From assembly GCA_050302075.1 (NCBI GenBank), contig JBNLAH010000001.1, positions 196,157 to 260,156 of the forward strand: a stretch of 64,000 nt of DNA, in the 5' to 3' direction. The notes below the pieces were generated by a model. That model ran no database searches. It had not been told where the DNA came from and was given only the letters and a program-made list of their open reading frames with translations. Shown here piece by piece: positions 52,056 through 59,669 of the stretch; within the stretch, counting starts at the first letter, position 1, and every line of letters begins with the position of its first letter. Both the position numbers and the translations under genes were made by a program. Source of the stretch: Parachlamydiales bacterium. Lineage in GTDB: Bacteria; Chlamydiota; Chlamydiia; Chlamydiales; SM23-39.

Positions 52056-53693
52056 ATGAAGTGTTATATAAAAAGTTTTTGTAAATTGTTTAGTGTTTTT
52101 CTAGCTGTAATCGGGTGTTTGTCTTCCCAACCATTATTCTCTGAAGCTTTAAAAACTGAAATGTTTTCTGTCGAAAAACCAGTTTTGCCAAAAATTTCCA
52201 ATCTTCAACTCCCAACACTAAACTCTGAAGTCTGTTCAAATCAAGACGGAAAAATACTACAGAGTTATAAAAAGAAGTTTGAAAAAAAATATGGCCGTAA
52301 TTTTTTAAAAAAACAGTGCAATTACAATTTTCTTTCTCTGGTTTGTAAAAAAGATTTGCAATGTGCTACTAGCATGCAAAAAAAAGCAGTTCAATTCCTA
52401 AAAATGATCTTTGAAGAACTCTCTAAAGCCAATTATAGCAAAGAAGACTTTCGTCATTATATGAACTGGTCTTTGAATATTTCTAGTTCATTATTTTTTG
52501 AAAAATATCTTTTTGCAGAGGAAGAGTTAAATGATTTATTTTACAAGCTCAATGATATTTCTGTCAGATCTCTCACTCCTAGATCAGCAGAAGAAAAAGG
52601 AAGGCATGAGGCATTTGCCTTAAAAAGCAAAAATGGGAAAGTTGCAGCTTTGATAAAAGTTGTAAAAGGTCCTAGGAATGCTTGGGCTAAAGTAGCACCT
52701 ATCATGGAGCAAAACGGTTCTGCAGGTCTTTATGAAAAGGTGGGTTATGATATTGATGTAATCTTAGGTTTGAAAATGACCCCGGCCACGTTGCTTGGGA
52801 AAATGCAATTAGAAAATGGTGAGACTGAAGATGTGGTCATCCAAAACTTTATTTCTAACTCCATTGATTTAGGTAATCTTTTGTATCGAGAAGATGGTGC
52901 TGAACTTATTATGAGCATTCCTACAGCTCCAGCTCAGATGATGGCCTTAAGTGGTATGATTAAAGGTCGTTTAGGTGGACACTTGGGTAATTATCTGTTT
53001 CATTTAAAAGATGGAGTAATAGATACAGTTTATGATATTGATTTAGAAGAACTTTTACCTCCTTGCAATCGACTTGAAAAAGGAATGACTCTATACCCTT
53101 TAAAAGAAGATAGAAATCAAGCCGATCGAATCAATGTATCTGATCTTAGCTCAGATTTACAGGAAATGGCTTATAAATCTGCTCCCTTATGTAGAATGTG
53201 TATTTTAGGATTACCACAGAATGGAAAGCCTTTTGAAAGGGCATGTTTGAAAATTATTGTGCATGATTTGCTTCCCTGTTTGCTAGATGAGTATCATGAA
53301 TATTTAAATGATGAAAAAGAAATTAGAAGAGAGTGCTTGCAAGCTCAAAAGGAACGTCTTTTAAAAATTCAGGAAATTTGCAAACAGCAATTAGAACTTC
53401 CTGAAATTTCGCTAACTCCAAGAGACCTTTATTTTTATCTTTTTGGAGGAAAACATCTTTATAAATTAGCCCGTGAAAGAGGATATCCTCCAATTATTAT
53501 TTTCAATCAAGTCATTGGAGATCCTCTTCAACATAGTATGATTGATTTTTCACGTCCTGAAAAAATGCCTTTTTGTAAATTTTTGAATGAGAGAGATACT
53601 TCAGAGCAGAAAAAAGCTCATAGTGATTTTATATTTGATAATCTGCTTATCTTAGAAAATCAAGAATCTCTAGCAGGTCAAGGCAATCAATAA
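52056..53693 (+). CDS. Exported PI3/PI4-kinase-like (type II PI4K fold) protein
   Basis: AALIK, EKVGYDID..LG...TPAT, IQNFI, GGHLGNYL and DIDLEELLP in PI4K order; signal peptide. Confidence 0.55.
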   Translation: MKCYIKSFCKLFSVFLAVIGCLSSQPLFSEALKTEMFSVEKPVLPKISNLQLPTLNSEVCSNQDGKILQSYKKKFEKKYGRNFLKKQCNYNFLSLVCKKDLQCATSMQKKAVQFLKMIFEELSKANYSKEDFRHYMNWSLNISSSLFFEKYLFAEEELNDLFYKLNDISVRSLTPRSAEEKGRHEAFALKSKNGKVAALIKVVKGPRNAWAKVAPIMEQNGSAGLYEKVGYDIDVILGLKMTPATLLGKMQLENGETEDVVIQNFISNSIDLGNLLYREDGAELIMSIPTAPAQMMALSGMIKGRLGGHLGNYLFHLKDGVIDTVYDIDLEELLPPCNRLEKGMTLYPLKEDRNQADRINVSDLSSDLQEMAYKSAPLCRMCILGLPQNGKPFERACLKIIVHDLLPCLLDEYHEYLNDEKEIRRECLQAQKERLLKIQEICKQQLELPEISLTPRDLYFYLFGGKHLYKLARERGYPPIIIFNQVIGDPLQHSMIDFSRPEKMPFCKFLNERDTSEQKKAHSDFIFDNLLILENQESLAGQGNQ

Positions 53694-53711
53694 AAAGTCG
53701 AAATTTAGAAA

Positions 53712-53742
53712 AAAATGAGGCAACAAACTGTTGCCTCATTTT
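53712..53742. terminator. Bidirectional intrinsic terminator
   Basis: Perfect 14 bp stem AAAATGAGGCAACA-AAC-TGTTGCCTCATTTT between convergent genes. Confidence 0.85.
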
Positions 53743-53795
53743 CAACAGCTTACTGGCAAATATTAATAATAGTGATCTGAGTTCATAGGATTTAA

Positions 53796-53831
53796 GGGGA
53801 GTGTAGGGATAAATTCAGAACTTTTGATTGG
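53796..53831 (+). repeat. ssrA-end/att-like repeat 5
   Basis: GGGGAGTGTAGGGATAAATTCAGAACTTTTGATTGG. Confidence 0.8.
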
Positions 53832-53908
53832 CATGGGGTTATAGTAATGTCTTCTCATCCCCCCTATAACATGCTTATAATAACACTTAAGCTATTCTTT
53901 TAATATAT

Positions 53909-54409
53909 TTAAGGATTAACGAGGTCTTTAGAAGGTTGAAAATAGTGCATAAGTTGCTTTGTATATAAAACAGCATTTAATGCAAAAAGACTTAAGAAAA
54001 GAAGGATTAGTGGACTTGATAAAGATATTGAGAGCTTATATCCAAAAATCATTGCACCACAGCTCATAACTTTTGCAGCTATCGACAAAACTTTATCTAA
54101 AGTACTAAAAAATTTCTCAAGCGTTGGAAGATTTGCAATATTTGCAATTTTTTGCATTCCAAGCGTTAGAAGAGGCATTGCAAGTCCAACACTACCTAAT
54201 AAAATATAGCTCCTGAGTCCAAGATCTAGATCTAGATCTGATACTTCATTCATTAGAAGGATTGAGACAGCAGGTTGCTGTAAGATTTTTCCAACTACCT
54301 TACCGATAGAAGATTCTGAGTCTGTTTCAATGAAGTTTCCAACTGTTGAAGACAATCCTGCTGTAGCCATCAAGTACATAATTGGCTTATCTAGATATAT
54401 TGGTCCCAT
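53909..54409 (-). CDS. Multi-TM Inc-like hypothetical protein, paralogue 3
   Basis: Homologous to 45339 and 50838. Confidence 0.8.
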   Translation of the reverse strand: MGPIYLDKPIMYLMATAGLSSTVGNFIETDSESSIGKVVGKILQQPAVSILLMNEVSDLDLDLGLRSYILLGSVGLAMPLLTLGMQKIANIANLPTLEKFFSTLDKVLSIAAKVMSCGAMIFGYKLSISLSSPLILLFLSLFALNAVLYTKQLMHYFQPSKDLVNP

Positions 54410-54441
54410 AATTTTACCATTAGTTAATTAACTATGTGTTA

Positions 54442-54470
54442 ATTATATATTAATTAAAATAAATAGACAA
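54442..54470 (-). promoter_or_regulatory. Sigma66/70-type promoter of paralogue 3
   Basis: TTGTCT-N17-TATAAT; similar sequence lies upstream of paralogues 1 and 2. Confidence 0.6.
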
Positions 54471-54623
54471 GAATCTGATTTTTTAATAATAATTACTTGA
54501 TATTTATATAATAATATAGTTGCGTTTTTAATTTAAAATGATGTTTTTTATAAAATAAATTACGGCAAGTAGCTATAAGTTTAAATAACTTGAATCAGTT
54601 CTTTATAGCCCTTTGCTACAAAT

Positions 54624-54659
54624 TAACAGTGGAGAGACGCTTTCAGAACTTTTGATTGG
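54624..54659 (+). repeat. ssrA-end/att-like repeat 6
   Basis: TAACAGTGGAGAGACGCTTTCAGAACTTTTGATTGG. Confidence 0.88.
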
Positions 54660-54717
54660 GATAATTTCGCTAAAAAGGCTATAACTTTTTCTAAAATTTA
54701 TATCAGTAGAAGAGCCT

Positions 54718-55029
54718 ATGGATAGAGGAGAAGTAATACTTTACACAACAGCAGATGGTCAGACCTCCATCTAATATATTTCTGAGATGCCATTCATTAT
54801 TTTAAGAGCAAAAAACTCAAATAAGATAGGTATGTTGCGGACATCTGCTATAGAGCTCGGAATCAAGTTTGTGGATTTTACTGATACAATTACAATTGGT
54901 ACTTATCAAGAGCAGCTAGAGCGAACAAAAGTCACTCAGAAAGCTGATCTAATTTACTATGGAATCGTATTATTTGGTGATTGGGAAAAAGTACCAGAAT
55001 TGACTAAAAAGTTTTCTCTCTGGAAGTAA
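54718..55029 (+). pseudogene. Deletion junction: RhuM/Fic-associated N-terminal stub joined to the C-terminal half of a DUF2000-like gene
   Basis: MDRGEVILYTTADGQTSI* (54718-54774), then in the same frame YISEMPFIILRAKNSNKI...YYGIVLFGD...LTKKFSLWK. Confidence 0.6.
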
Positions 55030-55041
55030 GGCCTGAATATC

Positions 55042-55929
55042 ATGAATATTTCAATAGATGCTTCTCTAGTCAGTCGTTTGATTGCCTCTCAATTTCCTAA
55101 CTGGAAACATCTTCCTATTGAACCTGTAGCGATGAGTGGGTGGGATAATCGAACCTTCCATTTAGGTAAAAAAATGTTGGTTCGCCTTCCAAGCAAAGCA
55201 GATTATGAACTGCAAGTGGAAAAGGAGCATGAGTGGTTACCAAAACTCGCTCTAGCGCTTCCAGTTTCAATTCCTATTCCTTTGGCAATGGGCAGGCCAG
55301 AGTATGGGTATCCTTGGAAATGGTCGATTTATCAATGGCTTGAAGGTGAGACTGTAGCTACTGATTTGCCGAGTGATTTAGTTGCATTTGCCCTTGATCT
55401 TGCCAGTTTTCTGAAAGCTTTACATAAAATCGATACTGAGGGAGGGCCCTCGCCAGGATTACACAGTTTTTATCGAGGTGGACCGTTATCAATTTACGAT
55501 TCGGATACACGTAAAGCAATTCTTTCCTTAAAAAGGAAAATTGATGCAAAGACAGCAACGGATATTTGGGAAAAAGCTTTATCAACTTCTTGGAAGGATC
55601 ATCCTGTGTGGGTTCACGGAGACATCAGCGCCGGCAACCTTTTAGTTAAAGCTAATAAACTTTGTGCTGTGATTGATTTTGGGCAACTAGCAGTAGGTGA
55701 TCCAGCATGTGATCTTGCTATCAACTGGACGTTATTTTATGGGAAAAGTAGGAATGCCTTTCAAAAGGCATTTTCTTTTGATGAAGATACTTGGGTACGG
55801 GCTCAGGGGTGGGTTTTATGGAAAGCGTTAATTGTAGCAGTTGGTGGTACCAATCCAAGTAATTTCGAGTCGAAGCAGTGTTGGCGTATTCTTGAAGAAG
55901 TAATAGAAGATCACCGTAAGTCTAATTGA
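55042..55929 (+). CDS. Aminoglycoside phosphotransferase (APH) family protein
   Basis: GWDNRTFHLG, VRLPS, WVHGDISAGNLL and VIDFG....GDPACDL. Confidence 0.9.
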   Translation: MNISIDASLVSRLIASQFPNWKHLPIEPVAMSGWDNRTFHLGKKMLVRLPSKADYELQVEKEHEWLPKLALALPVSIPIPLAMGRPEYGYPWKWSIYQWLEGETVATDLPSDLVAFALDLASFLKALHKIDTEGGPSPGLHSFYRGGPLSIYDSDTRKAILSLKRKIDAKTATDIWEKALSTSWKDHPVWVHGDISAGNLLVKANKLCAVIDFGQLAVGDPACDLAINWTLFYGKSRNAFQKAFSFDEDTWVRAQGWVLWKALIVAVGGTNPSNFESKQCWRILEEVIEDHRKSN

Positions 55930-56094
55930 TACTCTCTCAATTTAATTTAATAATCCTGACTTGATCCATTTTTTCAGATTGATACTTGATTTTGCAAAAG
56001 CATCTGCAGGACTTTTATTAAAGGGGGCAGGCCAAGGACGAAGGTTAGGGTAGCGTTACAGCTGGGATTTTTAGTTACATGTCACTAAAAACAA

Positions 56095-56122
56095 AAGGCT
56101 TTAGCCGTAAAACTAAAGCCTT
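56095..56122 (-). terminator. Hairpin immediately downstream (minus sense) of the ssrA-end copy at 56132
   Basis: AAGGCTTTAG-N8-CTAAAGCCTT followed by a U-tract on the minus strand. Confidence 0.7.
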
Positions 56123-56131
56123 AAAATTAGT

Positions 56132-56167
56132 TGGAGGTGGAGAGACGCATTCAGAACTTTTGATTGG
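56132..56167 (+). repeat. ssrA-end/att-like repeat 7 (best match to consensus)
   Basis: TGGAGGTGGAGAGACGCATTCAGAACTTTTGATTGG. Confidence 0.93.
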
Positions 56168-56228
56168 TCTAAAATGGATCAAAATTTTAATGTAATTAAC
56201 TGTTATTTAGTCAGTTAAGCTTTTGTTG

Positions 56229-56293
56229 TTGACGTTGAGAATTGGATAGAATATACTGCAGTTGTTGATTAATTGATGTAAATACTATCCAAT
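56229..56293 (+). promoter_or_regulatory. abiE promoter with overlapping inverted-repeat operator
   Basis: TTGACG-N17-TATACT; imperfect IR ATTGGATAGAATATAC (56241-56256) / GTAAATACTATCCAAT (56278-56293). Confidence 0.7.
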
Positions 56294-56920
56294 ATGAAAA
56301 GAAAATCAAAAGCTATTCGAGATAAAGCTATTGAAATATTTAAGCTTCATGGAGGTATTCTCAGATCTTCAAAGGCTATTAAGGAAGGAATACATCCTCG
56401 TATTCTTTATGAATTACGTAATCAGGGTATTATTGAAGAGCTTCAAAGGGGATTATATGCTTTAACCGATTTACCTGACATTGAAGATCCTGATTTAGTT
56501 GCAATTTCAAAAATGATACCTGATGGAGTTATTTGTTTAATATCGGCTCTTTATTTTCATCGTTTGACAGTACAAATTCCAAGATGGATAGATATTGCAG
56601 TTAAGAGAAAATATGTTCCTCCTAAAGTCAAACATCCTCCAATCCAAATTCATTGGTTTTCAGATAAATTTTATAAATCAGGCATAGAAAAATATAATTT
56701 TGGGGGAGCTGAAATAAAAATATATTCTCGAGAAAAATCGATTATTGATTGCTTCAGATTGAGAAAAAAAATAGGGATTGATGTTGCTGTAGAAGCTTTG
56801 AAGAATTATTTAAAACAGGATAATCTTAATATTCATCTTTTGTTGGATTTTGCAAAGGAATCGAGAGTAATTAAATTATTAGAACCATATCTACAGGCTT
56901 TAATTTATGATCAATCATAA
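56294..56920 (+). CDS. abiEi: Type IV TA antitoxin, AbiEi family
   Basis: N-terminal wHTH (G.I..L.RGLY), GVICLISALYFH.LT.QIP and IYSREKSI.DCFR.R.KIG. Confidence 0.88.
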   Translation: MKRKSKAIRDKAIEIFKLHGGILRSSKAIKEGIHPRILYELRNQGIIEELQRGLYALTDLPDIEDPDLVAISKMIPDGVICLISALYFHRLTVQIPRWIDIAVKRKYVPPKVKHPPIQIHWFSDKFYKSGIEKYNFGGAEIKIYSREKSIIDCFRLRKKIGIDVAVEALKNYLKQDNLNIHLLLDFAKESRVIKLLEPYLQALIYDQS

Positions 56921-57791
56921 CATAAAAAACATTTCAGTTTCAGTAAAAGCCCGTCTATTAAACCTTGCTCGCAATTCAAAAAGACCTTTTCAGGAATTAT
57001 TGCAATATTATGGAATGGAGCGTTTTCTTTTTAGACTATCAGAATCTAATCATAGAGATGTATTTATTTTAAAAGGAGCTCTTCTTTTAAAAGTTTGGAG
57101 AATTTCTGATTCTCGAGCAACGATGGATATTGATACTTTAGCAAGAACATCAAATTCTTTGGAAAATCTTAATAAAATAACAAAAGAGATATGCGAGCAT
57201 GTTCCATCTATTGATGATGGTGTTGAATTTCTTTCGTCTTCCGTTAGAGTAGAAAAAATGCAATTGCAGAAAGAGTATGAAGGTATTCGAATTCGTTTTG
57301 AAGGCTGTCTTGGTTCTGCAAAAATTCCAATGCAAATTGATGTTGGGTTTGGGGATGTTATTACTCCTGCGGTTGAAGAATACCAATATCCAAATCTTCT
57401 AGATTTTCCAGGACCAAAACTTAAAATGTATCCTCAAGAAACACTTATTGCAGAGAAAATTTTAACAATGGTTGAAAAAGGAGAAACAAATAGTAGAATA
57501 AAGGATTTTTATGACGTTTGGCTTCTAATTCGACACAATACATTTTCTCATGAGATATTGAAATTAGCTTTGGATAGAACTTTTAAATCTCGTAATATGC
57601 AATATAATTTCAAAACAGTTCGATCTTCGATTGAAATATATTTAAAAAGCGTTCAGGCAAATTTATTATGGGAAAGATTTAAACTAAAGAAAATACCTCA
57701 GATATATCAGCATATTTCATTTGAAATTTTAACAAATGAAATAATCAATCTTTTAGAGAAGATAGAAGAAAATATTTTACTCAAATTATAA
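56907..57791 (+). CDS. abiEii: Type IV TA toxin, AbiEii nucleotidyltransferase
   Basis: ERFLFRLS, FILKGALL, RATMDID, IDVGFGD, AEK and SRIKDFYD; overlaps abiEi. Confidence 0.9.
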   Translation: MINHNIKNISVSVKARLLNLARNSKRPFQELLQYYGMERFLFRLSESNHRDVFILKGALLLKVWRISDSRATMDIDTLARTSNSLENLNKITKEICEHVPSIDDGVEFLSSSVRVEKMQLQKEYEGIRIRFEGCLGSAKIPMQIDVGFGDVITPAVEEYQYPNLLDFPGPKLKMYPQETLIAEKILTMVEKGETNSRIKDFYDVWLLIRHNTFSHEILKLALDRTFKSRNMQYNFKTVRSSIEIYLKSVQANLLWERFKLKKIPQIYQHISFEILTNEIINLLEKIEENILLKL

Positions 57792-57815
57792 TATTGAGAA
57801 TTAAAATAATAAGCC

Positions 57816-58463
57816 TTAAATAATCTGAAGTCTTAAATTAAAATCAGAAAGATCATAAAAAAATGAATTTTTATGAATATAGGGGTTCATTCTTTGCCTT
57901 TCATTTAGCTCTTTTTCCCAATTTTCCTTATTGTTTAAGGCGTCAGAAGCGGCATCAACAACTATTGCAGATCCAGATAAAATAAGTGCAGTGCTGGTTC
58001 CAGCGCTAAATGGAGCGGCCAAGACACCTACAAGAATTTGACCTATACCAAACCAATATTTCAATTTAACTCCACTAGGCTGTTCTAGTTTGCATAAGTG
58101 AGCCATATTCTTTAAGCTAATCGGTTTTACGGATACAGATCGAGTTTTATAATATATTTGTAAAGCAAAATTCATCATAGGATCTAAAAGCTCCTCATTT
58201 GATAGGCTATGAATAAACTTATCAATGAGCAAAGATCCTTTTTCAAGATCTCCCTTAGAAAGATAAACCGCAGCTCTCATGCCTGTTATTTTGCTTTTCT
58301 GTTCAGGTTCGAAAGTTTCCCATTCGTCCAATGTTTGCAAACTTTCTAAAAACCTCTCTTCTTGAAAGTAATGAATAAAAGACTCTGCATATCGACTACT
58401 TAAAGGAGATGCAAAAATAAATAAGGGAAACGGTAAAAATATAAACAATCTCAGAAAATGCAT
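57816..58463 (-). CDS. Exported hypothetical protein (TPR-like, hydrophobic C-terminal hairpin)
   Basis: ATG 58463 after GGAGG; signal peptide; GILAAPFSAG-type segment. Confidence 0.6.
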   Translation of the reverse strand: MHFLRLFIFLPFPLFIFASPLSSRYAESFIHYFQEERFLESLQTLDEWETFEPEQKSKITGMRAAVYLSKGDLEKGSLLIDKFIHSLSNEELLDPMMNFALQIYYKTRSVSVKPISLKNMAHLCKLEQPSGVKLKYWFGIGQILVGVLAAPFSAGTSTALILSGSAIVVDAASDALNNKENWEKELNERQRMNPYIHKNSFFYDLSDFNLRLQII

Positions 58464-58663
58464 GAAGTTCCTCCAAACATTTTTATAAAAAGACATCCTG
58501 CAAGTATTGATCCCCAAAGGAGCACTATTCCTTTACGCATTTTTTTTTTGTCATTCATTTGCCAAGCTGTTTTTAGCATTAATATGCTGGGAGGTAATGC
58601 AAAAAAAGAAAATAGTAAAAGTCCTAAACGGACTATAGAAAAAACAATGTATCCTAGTTCCAT
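58451..58663 (-). CDS. Small two-TM protein
   Basis: 70 aa, overlapping the next gene operon-style. Confidence 0.5.
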   Translation of the reverse strand: MELGYIVFSIVRLGLLLFSFFALPPSILMLKTAWQMNDKKKMRKGIVLLWGSILAGCLFIKMFGGTSCIF

Positions 58664-58741
58664 AAAACCCCCATTTTGAGGAAGAAAAATATATATAAAT
58701 AAAAATTATATTGTCAAGTAGCTACGAATGACTTTTGGAAG

Positions 58742-59371
58742 TTAATATTTACTTTTTATGGAATGACTAAGATTCCCTATAAAATAGCATCTAGGACTAG
58801 AAATCAAATGTACACTTTTGGGATCTAATTTTGAGCCAACCGATATTTCTAATTTTACAGTATCAAGTAAATCACATTCTATCTCTATTTCATCATTCAA
58901 TTGCACCTGAGTCAATGAATCTTTTAATATAAGAAGATCGTAATCAAAAGAAACTGTTTTATTTGTTGTTATTAGTTTTACAATAGCAATTTTCTGGCTA
59001 GTAATGTTTTTTAATAGTATTTTCCATTTTATTTCGAATGTTCCTTCCAATTTAAGAGTTATGTAGGGATCTCTTAAAAACGGTACTGAAAAAAAAGTTC
59101 CATCTCCTGTTATATTTTTTGGGGATTCGAATTCAGTATAATTCCATTCCCTGGTCGAATGAAAATAATTTGATGTATTTGAATAGTGGTTATTGATTGT
59201 ATCAGCTTGCTGAATAGAGTTATTGTTGCTGTTATTCATAGAAATAGGATTACCATGTTTAGTCTTAGACTGCACTTTCTGAACAGGAGAATTCTCTTTT
59301 TTTGAGGAAAACGTGAATTTAAACTTATCAAAGATTTTAGGTGACATTTTTTCTATTGGATAATTTAACAA
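58742..59371 (-). CDS. Hypothetical protein (start uncertain; ATG 59347 is plausible)
   Basis: About 200 aa ORF with an Asn/Ser-rich low-complexity N-terminal part. Confidence 0.55.
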   Translation of the reverse strand: MLNYPIEKMSPKIFDKFKFTFSSKKENSPVQKVQSKTKHGNPISMNNSNNNSIQQADTINNHYSNTSNYFHSTREWNYTEFESPKNITGDGTFFSVPFLRDPYITLKLEGTFEIKWKILLKNITSQKIAIVKLITTNKTVSFDYDLLILKDSLTQVQLNDEIEIECDLLDTVKLEISVGSKLDPKSVHLISSPRCYFIGNLSHSIKSKY

Positions 59372-59400
59372 AAAAGCCTATCAGATTTGATAGGCCTTTT
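59370..59400 (-). terminator. Terminator behind the displaced ssrA 3' copy
   Basis: GCCTATCA-GATT-TGATAGGC stem with a U-tract on the minus strand. Confidence 0.75.
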
Positions 59401-59413
59401 GACTATATTTGTC

Positions 59414-59439
59414 AATGAAGGTGGAGAGAATCGAACTCT
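59414..59439 (+). repeat. 26 bp direct repeat of the ssrA 3' end (attR-like)
   Basis: AATGAAGGTGGAGAGAATCGAACTCT versus AATGGAGGTGGAGAGAATCGAACTCT at 59668-59693; 1 mismatch. Confidence 0.92.
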
Positions 59440-59630
59440 ATGATTTTTTCTAAACTGGATCAAACTTCGATAAATAACATTAATAATATCAATAAGTTAA
59501 GTGATGTTCAAATGTTCTATCTTATTTTGGTTTTAGCCGCTTTTTTGCAGTCTAGTGCGTAAGTAGTGCGTAAATGAATTTAACAAAGCAGATTTTGAAA
59601 TTGTAAATTTAAGATATTTCTCTTTAAAAA

Positions 59631-59661
59631 TAAAAGACTTCGCTTGGATTTTGCGAAGTCT
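59631..59661 (-). terminator. ssrA terminator
   Basis: AGACTTCGC-N9-GCGAAGTCT stem followed by a U-rich tract on the minus strand. Confidence 0.78.
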
Positions 59662-59669
59662 AGAATGAA

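Noticed and set aside
55042..55929. Bona fide aminoglycoside resistance gene
   Set aside because: Only the broad APH/kinase-like family is supported; substrate cannot be read from the sequence.
46136..56167. CRISPR array interpretation of the 36 bp repeats
   Set aside because: Intervals are 0.8-2.1 kb and contain whole genes, the repeats are degenerate, no cas genes are present, and half the repeat derives from tmRNA.
46136..56167. Classical integron attC sites
   Set aside because: No RYYYAAC...GTTRRRY boxes or long imperfect hairpins, no intI, and cargo genes occur in both orientations.
59414..59439. Separate tRNA gene
   Set aside because: Only the T-arm and 3' acceptor strand are present; it is a partial copy of the ssrA end.
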